Assembly: GCA_950097015.1 (NCBI GenBank) | Contig: CATNEN010000039.1 | Coordinates: 5,952,001-6,016,000 of the forward strand | DNA length: 64,000 nucleotides | Direction of reading: 5' to 3' | Origin: Macrostomum hystrix | Taxonomy: Eukaryota; Animalia; Platyhelminthes | In this document: positions 32,510 through 44,900 of the stretch, one piece after another | Numbering within the stretch: position 1 is the stretch's first letter | Layout of the letters: every line of letters begins with the position of its first letter | Notes under the pieces: generated by a model | The model's database searches: none | The model's input: only the letters and a program-made list of their open reading frames with translations | What the model was told of the DNA's origin: nothing | Translations under genes and position numbers: made by a program

Positions 32510-34400
32510 ATGAACCGGCGAAGCTACTATCGGGAAACCAATCGAGCACTACAAGAAGCTTTGTGGGAGGAGCCGGCGGAGCCTGGTGCCGTGCATGCGC
32601 ACCTGATGTTGAGACGGAAGGAGATTCGCTGAAGTTTTCTGCCCTCGAGACTTCCTCTGCAATGGGAACGCAGGAGCCTCCACTAGGACTGGGGCATCAA
32701 AATGCAGAATTGGATGATTCGTTTGTTGTCTTCGATGAGTTGGATTCGGACCTCTTCGACTCCCATGCGGGCTCAGAGCTGTCTGAAGATGATGCGGTCG
32801 CTGGAAATGAGACTTGCGAATTAACCTTTGCCGAGGAATTGTTGGCGTTTTTAATGTACCTAGGGTGTCGATGCAGTACTTACTAAACATACTTTCAAGA
32901 ATGTGTATACTTGTCAAAAGTTCCCAAGAACTGTGTACCTGTTAAAAACGCTTGGCTCCAAGTTTTCTGCATCCATTTCTTCCATGGCTTCCGGTCACTA
33001 TACGTACCTGTATTGGGATTGCCTACATCTGGTGAGGTTGCTTTGAACTGCAAGTTTAACATTGATGGTGTACCACTGTAATAGAGCTCGTCAGCGTCAC
33101 TTTGGCCAATTCTAGTATCGTTTGCTAATCTACGTCGCCCCTTTCCTGTTGCTTTGTACTATGGGATAAAGAAGCCTGATGTTTCTGAATACTTGAGTGA
33201 TCTTGTGCGAGAAATTTCAACTCTTCGTGAACTGGTTTCCGTGTCCGAAATTTGCTCATTAAACTTGGTAAAACTATTTTTATATGCGATGCCCCTGCCA
33301 GAGCTTACATTCAATGTATCTCTGGACATGCTTCCAAGAAGGGCTGTGGGTATTGCAGGGAACTTGGGGCGTTATCATGTGGATCGTGTCGTTTTTTCAA
33401 CTGTAATTGGCACTCCTCGCACTGACGATATCGTACAAGCAGCAGAGGTAGGATAATCAGCTGGCTGCGTCCCCTATTTTGCCAGTTGCAAACCTACTTT
33501 CAGATTTTCCTGTCGATGAGCAACATTGCATCTGTTTGGGAGTCTGTAGGCGGCTTTGCCACTATTTTTTTCTAAAGTCAAGGGTCTTACACTTGCGTGC
33601 CGCATCTCAGGTGAACGGCTTAAGGCTCTATCTGATGAGATTTCTCTTTACCGATCATTTACGCCGTCTGAGTTTCAACGTCAAGTTAGGCGTCTAGAGA
33701 CGGACTTGTCCCATTACAATGCCACTGAGTTTCGCAGCTTGCTTTTGTACTTTGGTCCCTTTCTGTTTGAAAAGTACCTGTCCGCTCCTTACTATAATCA
33801 GTTTCTGCTTCTACACTTTGCTTACTATGTTCTTTCATCAGCAGCTAACTATCAGCACCTGTATGCCCATGCGCACCGCTGTTTGGAAATATTTGTCGCC
33901 AATATGCCAACACAGTTTGACCAACGCTGGGTGTCCTATAATTTTCACGTGCTGCTTCATCTTTATGAATTTGTTGTCGAATATGGTCCTTTGTCTAACT
34001 TTACGGCCTTCCCATTCGAAAACTTTCTTGGCCTTCTTAAACGCAGAATTCGGTGCACCCGCGGAATCATGGCAAATGCAGTAAATCAGTTAATGTCTGC
34101 GTAGCATCCCTTCCAAAAATCAGTCCTCGACGTTTAATTTTACACCATCAGCGCCTAATAATTGTGCGATTATTAATGGTTCCCCTGTTATTATTTCCAC
34201 CGTACAACCTGACGGTTCATTGTTCAGATGATGTTCAGGCGAGACCTGTACACATTTCCTTATCAATCTGGTAAAATCGGAATTGGATACTTTTGTCGTA
34301 GGCCAGAGACATGTGACTGGTATTCCCTCCAACAAAGCTATTTGCTTTCCACTGAAGGGAGAATTTGTCATTTTTCCACTCGTCGAAGCACGTGCATTTG
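32510..34400 (+). pseudogene. Frameshifted EnSpm/CACTA-type transposase
   Basis: Motifs spread across frames: FNIDGVPL, LWPIL, VALYYGIKKP, CDAPARAY...GCGYC, VDEQHCICLGV, PSEFQR, ATEFRSLLLYFGP, SYNFHVLLHL and GPLSNFTAFPFENFLG. In-frame stops and frameshifts present. Confidence 0.85.
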
Positions 34401-35981
34401 GATAAAGCATCAATTTACCTCTGATAATCCGGCATCTAGACATGTTTGATACATTTTGAAATTATAGTATACTGTCAACATTTTTATTTATTGGTCTGCA
34501 ATATTACATGCAGCTTATGAAAATCTAATTTTGTTTACTGCACTTCTAGCCAATCTTAAGTTTTTTTCATTATTAGTCTGCAGAAGAATAGGAGTCAGTG
34601 ACGATTCTAATTGTACTACTTGTAATCACGTAATGCTTCTTACAGTTCTTATGCTGCAAGTGGATCTACATATGAATTATTTGAAGATAATGCAGTTTAA
34701 ATAACTTGCATGTGCGGTGTATCGGAGCTCCACGGAATTAATAGGCCAGTATAAATCCGACATAAGGCGGAGCAGAATATTGTACGCTCGGATATTCAAT
34801 ACATGTATAGTTTCTAGACATTGACCGAATTAGCTGGTCACTAGTCGCTAGCTAGCGAAATGCCGCTAGGGCGCTAGCGGCTCTCTAGTGGCATGCCGCT
34901 AGCGGTCAGAGAGTGGACCATGTGACAGTTGACGCAAGCGGGCCGTTGGAGGCAGCCTCTAGTGGCCCGCTAGAATTTTTCCCAGTGGGAGGCAAGCAAT
35001 TGCACCCTTATAGTAGACATTGCAACCAACTTGTCACCGTCCGTTGCCATGCCACCTGCTGCAGGTAGCAAGCCCCCATTTTGCCGTTGCCAATAGATCA
35101 CCTTATAATATCACATGAACAATATGATCATCTAATTACATGATCTTGATCTTCAATTATATCAACATCATCAGCTAGGATCTTTTTATTTCTGATTTCC
35201 TAAATTGTTCTTTTAGTAGTGCGGCTGAAAGACTTTTCCTAATTTTTTCAGTGTTTCTGAGTAAGCCGTTTCCTAAATTTTCTGTTAGTCTAGTGCAAAT
35301 GGAGCAAGAAAAGTTAAAAAGGAGGCATTTCTCTAAATAAAGTGCTAATAGTCAACTTTCATATCATCAATCCGGAAGTAAAACTATAAGAAACAAATCA
35401 CTATTATTCCAAAAATCTGGTTTATATTCCAAGCTTAAATAATTTCCCAACCAGATTTTTCACTGAACGCTATTATATGATTTTTATGATACGAATTTTT
35501 TGTTGTTAAAGCTTCAATGTTAAAAAGCTTTCTTAAAAACTTCTGTTAAAAATTATTGTTATCTTCATCGCGCACACTCTCTTTTTGTGGGTATGTGTTA
35601 ATCGAGTTAGTGCTTTCTGAATTTAATCCGCTGGCCTTGGCCTAGTAACAATCGGTTCTGAATAAGACTTTTGGCTCTGCACTTATTTTATATTGTCTTC
35701 TATCTGCTACAGCCCCTACATGTCATGTGATGTGATTGTTCCTGTTATTTAGACGTTTTAGCTTCCTTACTTGTATTTTGTTTGGTCCTGCGTTTTAGCT
35801 GACAAGCTAGGTGATAGTGAAGACCAAAATACGTTTTTTGAAGAAACCTCATTCGAAAATAGTAATTAGATTTCTGTCTTTGTTTTCTCAACAGAAAAAA
35901 TAATAGCCAGGCAATTGGCTAATGATAAACAATATAGCTAGCTAAGCTATATTGTTAGACGACTTATCCATCGTCTGATAG

Positions 35982-38900
35982 ATGGTCATGGAGCGTAAAA
36001 GGGATTCAAATATCCTGATTCCCTTGCTATTAGATGAAGAGCGTTCACTGCAAGAGTTGTGTTCTGCTTTAATGATATGGTAAGTAGTTCGCTAGGCATG
36101 CCTGTGTTTCAAATTTTATTAATTTATTACAGAAAAAAATTCATAAGCTATCAACTAAACCTAAACTTTTTCACATTGCTATATTTTTTATGAAGTTATG
36201 TTTTAGAAAGTAGGCATTTTTCAATATATTCACAATATGAATATAATCTCATTCAAGTCCTTAGTCTTTCAAGTTGTAAAACTACTTATAAGTTTTAACC
36301 CAAGTAGCAAGTATAGGTAATTAATCATGATGTGTTGCCATTTATATAGTTATGCTTATTTTAAAAGAACAGAATTGCAAAAAATATTTTTGTTTTTGCT
36401 GACAAAATTAAAAACTTGTCTGTCTAGTTATATTGGAATCGGTATATATATTAGTATTACTATTATTATTAAATATCTAAGAATTCCATATAGATTTTAA
36501 ACTTTTTGTATGTCTATTTTAATTATATGGTCCAAAGCAAGATAACCTAAAAGCAAAACCTTGCGTAGCTCTTTGCAATAGTTTGTTTTCATTTGTAAGA
36601 TTATTTAGCAATTTAATATAAAACATTATTTAGAATATGACACGACCATTTTTGTAGAAATGATTTTTATAAGCTAACTTCCTACTTTTGTTGAGTAAAT
36701 ATTTCTATAAATTATGTGACATTAGCCAGTAAGCGAAATAGCTAATAGCAAGCTATTTTATTCAAAAGCAGTTTGTGTCATATTTTTTTGTTTGAGTATG
36801 GGCAGATTTAAAGTTTAGTCGTTATTGCCTATCTAATAATATGCTGTAAAGCTCAACCTAATTTTGTTATTTTTTGTATCTTATGTTTTATGTTAAAAAT
36901 TCATATATCCTTTTTATTTTTTAGGGACTGGAGAAACTACTTTGATAAATATCTTCTAAAAAAGGAGCTACTGATTGTTGCTAGTCATGAGCTCTATGAT
37001 TCAGCTCTCAGAGGTAAGCACTGTCTGTCAGTATCATCAAATAAAGCATGTGCTAAGCCAGTTTTGTGATATGTATTATCTTGGTATTTCAGCAACCACT
37101 GCTGACCTGAAGACAATCCTACCTGCTTTCGTCGTGGTTGTGAACAACCTAGTTAAGGTTCTGTCACCTCAAACTGACTTTGTAAGTTACTACTTTCATT
37201 TTGAATTTGCATTCCTGCTATTATTTTACCTTATGCAATATTCTTCTATACCTGAATTGATATGCTTTTTGTTCCCACAGGAGGATATTGTTGCGACCCT
37301 CAGTCTATTGTGCCGCGGCGTTGGTGGCCTGTCGATTGGCGACCTCACAGCCTGCAAAACTGCAATTGCCTCGGCGGCCATCGTCCAGCCAGCATTGCCA
37401 GAGGCTGCCGCGGCTGCTGTCACCTGGCCAAACCTGACGGGCCGATTGGATCGAGATACTCGCGTTTACAGCAGCGCCGTGGAAGAGTTTCTTGCCGGGC
37501 CAGTTGAAAGCGACATTACCGCGGCTGCCGCAGGCGCAGCGGCGACGTCCGCCTCAGACGCCACGGCTAACTTTGAGTACGCCGACGATGCCAATCCGAC
37601 GGTTCGCGCTGCTGTGCTCGCGCGCTGCCGCGTCGCAACTGCCAGCGCCGGCGCCGTCGAACGCCTGCTGGCCTGCGCCAGAGCCCAGCTGCGCTGCCTC
37701 TCCAGCGGCGGCGCCAACCTCTCATCCTTTGTCAGCGATGATGCAGAATCAGCCGCTGCCGCTAGTAAGCCATCGCCGCAGCTGCTTGAAGAGCTTAAGC
37801 TTCTAGATCGCATGGTGTCGCTCAGCGTCTGTGTTAGCGCCACTCCCGCCGGCGGCCTGGCCACGGTGCAGCTGGTCGAGCTGGCTATAGCCGCCCAATC
37901 TGCCGCTTTGTCCGCCTGGGCAAGCCGACCAGACTCGGAGCAGCAGCAGTCCAGCAGCTCAGCGGACGAAGTCGTCACTGCTTCATCTGGCGAAACCGCA
38001 ATCGTTTCAACGCTTCTGTCGACTGCGTGGCGCATCGCTGACCGTCTGTTGGAGCCCGCAAGTTCCGCAGGCCAGGACAGCCTCGGCGCTGACGGTGCTG
38101 TTTTTGCTCGGCGCAACTTGCGATTCGCCTGCGGAGCTCTCGGCCTGGCTCGAGCTGTCCAGCTGATTCAGCGGCGTCAATCGCGGCAGCTTCTAAGTTC
38201 CGCCGGCCTGCTGACGATGTCGCGCTCCCTCGAGGCCCTGCTCTCCTGTCCAAATCTGTTGCTGACGACCTCCACTGCCGGCTCCTTGCCGGCAGAATCC
38301 GCGGTAGCTGAGCTTCAGCCGCTAGATGCTTATCACTCGCCCGAGCGGCTTCGCTGCCTACTAGCTAACGCCGCTCCGTGCCAGTCGCTCATGGAGCTGC
38401 TCGCTCTGCAATTGCACAACGCACTAGAGAATGCTCAGCAGCAGCAGCAGCAGACTCCGCTAGAGCAGCTTCATAATGCCAAGCAGCGGGCAGCTGCGGC
38501 TTCCAGAAGTCTGGCTGCGCCGTCTACCTCCTGCTCTTTGTCCTCTTGTGCCGGAGATTCTTCGTCTTCTTCAGAAGACAGCGACTCCACTGGTGGCCTT
38601 CTTTTTGGCAATGTTTTCGACGAACCTAGCAGCGATAATCAACAGAAGCAGCAGAAGACAAAGTCGCAGAGGCAGCAGCAGCAGCCGTCTGTAACCCAAA
38701 CTGCTCCGTCAGCACAGCCGCAGCCATCCGAGCAGTTGCTTGTTGTCGAGCAGCTGTCACAATTGATTGCTTGTCTGTCGCGCCTTCAAAGTCCCGCTAT
38801 TCGTCAACAAAAACAGGTTTCAAAGGCGGCCACCGCCATGGGTGAGGCATCATTGTCCCCATCGACCATTGCTGGCATCCTCGCCGACTTTGACGCGTTG

Positions 38901-41900
38901 CCATTGGCCTTCGGCCAACTGCAGCCGGCGCTCTCTGCCGCGTCGGCCGCTTTTCATCGCTGCCTTCACACCTTGCTGACTGAGTCCGCTACCGGCCAGA
39001 AGGCCGAATTTCGAATCGATTTGGCCGCCTCCATCGGTTTTCCAATCGATGATGAGCCCCCCAAAATGACATTGCCATTGCGCGCTAGTTGGCGCACACT
39101 TTCAGTTGCCGCCCAGCTAATTTTCCTGCGCCTGGAGGCTAGCCGGGCCAATGGTAGCGAGGATTGCAAACTTCTAGACAGCATCTGGCAGCGCCTATTT
39201 GACACTATGACCTCCTCCATGCTGGCGAAGGACTCTGATCTGCTGCATGATTGGCCGGGGCATTCCAGCGGCGGCGGGTGCGACCTCGGACCGGAAGTGG
39301 CCCAGCTCATGCAGCTGCTGTTCTTTGCTCGCCAGCAGCGCCGTGAAGCGCTCACCCTGACTGCCAAACTATTTTGCCAACTGGTGGCTGCAGTGACTAA
39401 GCAGAGCTCAGCGGCACAGCTCCGCAATCCTCTCCCACTGAGTCGACTTTGCCTACTTATGTCCTCCTTTGTGCAGCACTACTACGATCCACCAGATGCT
39501 CTGATGCGCCAACTCAAGTACGCATTCTTCGGCCAGTTTCTGAAGCCTATTTCAGCCATGCCCAATTCTTCGGCATCCACATTTGTCGCTCAGCTAGCCG
39601 ACGCCGCTTCAGCTTCGATTGTTGGCAGAGGTGACGCTGCCACTGCGGCAACCCTGGCCGCTGTAGCCGCCGGCGATGACTCGGCAGCGACGCGGCAGCT
39701 TTTTTACGAATTGCCGCCGATTCCGTCTCCAACAGGTGTTGGCAAGCCGGACAGCCTGGCTCTGGACTGCCTGACGTCCAACCCCGAGACTTATAACCAG
39801 TTCTACGCGGCCTGCATGGACTTGCTCCGCATAGCCGGCCGGGTTGTTGTATCTAGCGGCTCTGGCGGAGATGAAGAAACTGTCCCCAGTGTAGTTAGTG
39901 CGCGCGCACTTGAATACCACTGGCGCTCGGCCAGCCGCCTAATTCAACTGCTGCCGCCGTCTCTCGCCTTCTTGCGCAACTGCGACTCGGGCGGCTTGGA
40001 GCCGCCAATCGGTGACATTTTGGCCGATCGGTTTGATCTGTACTCCGCTGCCCAGCTGAACAGTCGGCATTGCTCAACTAGGCGCCAAGTGTTCGCTCAT
40101 CTGGCCAAGTCGGCCGGTCTAGACTGGATTGACGCCTTGTTCAAAGAGAAATTGTCCGCCTGCGGCACCCTGGCGGCTCTGACTGCCTACGTTGAGAATT
40201 TTGCTGGCGATGTGGAACCCGCGGAGTCTGTCAGCTCTGACGGAAACCCGCTATCATTGGCCATGCTAGACGCCGTCCTAGCCTGCCTGGCAGCTGTGCT
40301 GGCCGATCTGAGATCAGCCGCCGTTGACGAAGAGTCTGAAGCCACCAGCTCAAACAGTCGTCGGCTCGTGTCTGCCTCTGGTGGCCAGGTAAGCAACTTT
40401 TCGTGTTTCATAAAGAATTAGCGCTAATAGTAGCGTAAGAAGCTAAACTGGCGCCAGACTTTTTAATAGTTCCCAATTAGTATCCTCACTAGCAACATTA
40501 TACGTCTCAAACACTACTCTATCGACTCAAACACTACTCTATCGACTCAAACACTACTCTATCGACTCAAACACTACTCTATCGACTCAAACACTACTCT
40601 ATCGACTCAAACACTACTCTATCGACTCAAACACTACTCTATAGACTCAAGCACTACTCTATAGACTCAAAAGCTTCCCTGTCGACTCAAACGCTTGTAT
40701 AACGATTCAACCGCTTCTCTGTCGACTTTAAGTTTCTCTTATCGACTCAAAAGCTTCTTTATTGACCCATGAAGACTCAAAAGCTTCCCTATTTAAAGGC
40801 TTGCTCATAGCTATGAACTTAGCCACTCAGTACTAATACCTAGCACTGGTGGACTACTTTTCAGATAGTGGCCATTGTTGATTCTGCCGCCGATTCGGTG
40901 TCCGCAGTGCGCGCATGCGCCGAGCGCCTACTATCGCCGCTGCTAGCCATCGCCGAAGCCTGCGGCCGACGCGTTGTCGACTGGCTAGTACAGCGCGGCA
41001 GTCAGCACCTGAACCTGGAAGATTATGAGCTTCTCCTTTGCCGCCGCCTTTTGGCCATCCTGTGCGGCCCCGGCGGATTCAAAGCCGCAGCCGCCCGTCT
41101 GCCGGAACACGTCAGCCAGAACATGGCCGCCTACGAGGCCCTGGATGCCAGTCAGCAGCAGTCGGCGGCAGCCACTCCGGCTCACGTGCTGATGGACCAG
41201 ACAGTGCTGCTGCACCTAGGTGAACCGTCTAGTGCAGCCTGTCTGCCCTACAAGCGCCTGCTGTGCAGCCTGGGCCGCCTACTCAGTTCCTTGCGGCCTT
41301 GGTGGTCTCAGGCGCCAACGACACTGTCGCCAACATCAGCGCAACTGCAGTCTCGCTTAGCCGCTATTAGAATTGGCTTTGCCTACAGGCCCGTTCACGA
41401 TCAGGTGTCCGATCTGATGGCCGAGTTGCGGCCAGTTGCCATGGAAACCCCGGCCTCGCCTGAGGACCTCCTGCTGGCCCACTGTCTGCCGCGCCTATTG
41501 CGACTGTTTGCCAACGAGGACGACTACGATGTTGATGCGGCGGTCGGCTTTGGGATTGAGGCAGTCTTGCCAGCTGAGGGCCGGCATCATCCAATCTGGC
41601 TGGCGATGCAGCGGGACACCATCGCCCTCATGACATCCATGCTTTCATCGACTGCCTCTGCCGCGCGCCTACTCGAAGCCACATTCTGTCCGCGGCCTGG
41701 CAGCTTGGCCGCTGTGCTGTTCGGCTCGCCCGACTCCCTGGCATTCTTCAATCGCCTGCTGGCTCGACTGCACGCGCTACCGCAGTCGTCGGCATCCACA
41801 ACTGGCGCAGAAAATGACGAAGAGGACGGCATCGGCGGCGAGGATCAGTCGCTCCGAACGCTTTGCAAATCGCTTGCCGCCGCTGCGGCCGATGCCGACG

Positions 41901-44900
41901 CTGCTACAATTCAGCGCTGGCTGGTCAGCAAGCTAGAGGCAAAGTCTGGCGGCGATATCTCCCGCATAACTGAGCTGGCTCAATTCGCCGAACTTATCAT
42001 TAAAGAGTCGTCAACTTCTCGACGCAGACGCTTGCCTGCTCTGCTGCCGCATCGGCTGCTGCGCGAGTTGGCCTCGGCCTGCAGCGCGGAGGTTCTTCGC
42101 GGCGCTCAATTCCCTGCCTACCTGGGTATCCTGGTCAGCCTGGCCTTCGCTGACGCCGGCTCCGGGCACGAGTTTGTCGCAGCCCAATGCCTCGATTGGC
42201 TGGGCCAGGCGACTTGCGTAACAGACCGCCCGCTGCCCGACGCTGCGGCCTCTGAGATGCTGGCCTACCTGCGCGACCTGCTGGCTGTGCTGCTGGCGCA
42301 GTCGCGCGGCAAATCCAAGCCTGCTCAGCGAAGGGGACACGGAGCCTCAGAAGAATCAGGTAAATCTATTGCACACCTTGCACATATTCTGCCACCAGTC
42401 TGCTGTATTTGGGATATACTCCCCATTAATTCCATTAGATCTGCGACATTGGATTTTTATCCAATTTATACCGCCTCACATTATCCGTAATTATCCCTTC
42501 ATTTAGATCCCCTCTCACACAGTTCCCAATTATCCAATTACCCAATTAGTTTTTTAACTAAATTTTATCGAGTCGCTTTTACTACGAGTAAGATAATTGA
42601 TTGTTCAAAAACGTAAACACTATTGTATTTAGAATGCTAACCTACCTTAATTTTTATGTATTAGTTTGTTAAAAAATATTAGCGCATCTGTCTACTGACT
42701 AGTAGACTGGAAGGGTTTTTCGATTTTTTATTTTCGTTCCTATCTGCACTGTATTCCACTAGAAAAAACCAGCGAGTTCACCCCTGATCGGGAAGAAGAC
42801 AATGTCGATGAAGCTGGTGGCGACTATCCTGAGGACGATGATGACGTCGAAGACGTCGAAGACGTCGATGATGAAGAGGCCGCCGAGACAAACTATGATG
42901 AAGACGACGAGCCAGATGCCGCCGAGGACGACGAGACCGCGGCCGGAGTCACTGAAGAGGAGGACGAAGAGGAAGAAGGGGAAAGTGCCCAGGAAATGCG
43001 CCTGTGCACGTACACCTACACGGCTAAGGAATTTCACGACCAGCACTGGTACAACTGTCACACCTGCAAATTCGTTGACGGTGTCGGTGTCTGCTCTGTG
43101 TGCGCCAAGCTGTGCCACCGCGGCCACGATCTCACTTATAACAAATTCGGCGCTTTCTTCTGCGACTGTGGCGCCAAAGGCGATGCCTTCTGCAAGGCGC
43201 TCAGTCACAGATCCGCTTCTGCGGCCGTCGCTGCCGCCGCCGCGCCCCCGACGCGACCGGCTAGGAAATCCGGCTCCGCAGCCGCTAGCGCCGCCGCCGC
43301 TGCTCCGCCTGCTTCTTCTAAACGGCATCGCCATTCGCAGCAACAGCAGCAGCAGCAACCGAAGCCACAGGCTCCAGCTTCCGCTGGCGCGCCGTCACCG
43401 CCGCCGCAGCATTCCACCGTGTCTTCGGCCACTCGATCTGCCGAGTTTCGCCGCCAAATCGAAGCGCATCGAGACGCTTTGTTCGACCTGCTGCTCCGCC
43501 CGGAAGCTATCGGCCTTATTAATCGCCTGCTCAGCAGCCTCTCTGAGCCGCTGCTGGAGGTCTACAAATGTCGGGCCGTTGGCAACGCTGGCTGGATCGA
43601 AGCCGCCTACGACAAATTTTACAATGGAGAGAAAATTATCTCCGTGCAGTGCGAGGATTTGCTGGTTAGTTGCCTGCGCTGAGTCTAGTTTGCTGAACAC
43701 GTTTCCTAATATTTTATCACCAACAAAAAAGCCAAATAAGTTAGAAAATTGCATCGCCTGCACCAACTGCATCGCATGCGAGTTACAAAAATGGTATCGA
43801 AGTAACTGTACGTTTGTACAGTTTGTAAATGAAATACATCAGTCAGTTCTGTTTTAACTCATAGTTTACAATTCGAATGCTTCTTCAACCACTCAAACGC
43901 TTCTCTGATGACTCAAACGCTTCTGCAGCAACTCAAACGCTTCTCCAGCGACTCAAACGCTTCTCCAGCGACTCCAACGCTTCTCCGACGACTCAAACGC
44001 TTATCCAACTACTCACGCTTATCCAACCACTCAAACGCTTATCCAACTACTCAAACGCTTATCCAACTACTCAAACGCTTATCCAACTACTCAAACGCTT
44101 ATCCAACTTCTCAAAATCGAACAAAAAACGAACTTCAGACCTCCGGCATCCAATGCGACGACGGAGTATTTGACAAGCTGAAGCTTACCTACTCCGGTGA
44201 GGAGGGCCAGCAGCTAAAGGCTCTCCTAGCCAATCACAGTCTGGCCAGGGTGCCGCTGGCGCCTCTATGCGGTCGTCAGCGCGATAACCTCATACTGGCT
44301 GGCGATCAGGGTCGCGTCACGACAGTGTCGCTGAAGTCCCTCGTCAGTCAGGCTGTCGGCATGCACAGCGCTGTCGAAGAGGAGGAGCTACAGGTCGGCG
44401 GCAGAAAGAACGGCGCCAAGAAGGCTGCATCGGCAGCCGCGTCGACTCTGAAGCGCAAACTATTGTCCAACCCCATCGACTGCGCTTCTCTGCACTTTCA
44501 GGTGCGATAACTTGGAATTTGCATCCAGTCTAAGGATAGATTTTTACATTACACTTAACCTAGCTGGGTCAGGCGTAGCGTCTCATGGACTGTAAATCTG
44601 TACAGTTCGTGTAATGAGACGGATCCAAAATTATAATCCTGGTATTTTATGCTTTGTCATTTCTTTAGTGACCATTTTTAGAGTGAACTGGCTGAGCAAT
44701 TAACGCGTTTGCCTCTAGCACCAAGGTACCTGAGCTCGATTCCGCGGCGAGGCCACATTTTTTTGGGGCGCAGCCGCGGAGAGAAGGTTTGGGGGCCGGT
44801 CGTTCAATTTACGCCCTTAAGTTACCAACCTTAATGTCTGATAATTAGAAAGTCACAAGGGAGATGTACACCTGTGTGAGTGTGTACTCAGGAGTCAGCG

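Larger units (their letters stand above)
31778..34989 (+). mobile_element. CACTA/EnSpm (CMC superfamily)-type DNA transposon, complete ends, decayed coding region
   Basis: TIR CCCACTGGGAAAA(G/A)TTCTAG(T/C)GGGCC at both ends. 2-bp TSD AG at 31776-31777 and 34990-34991. CTAG-rich subterminal repeats at ~34840-34975. Confidence 0.85.
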
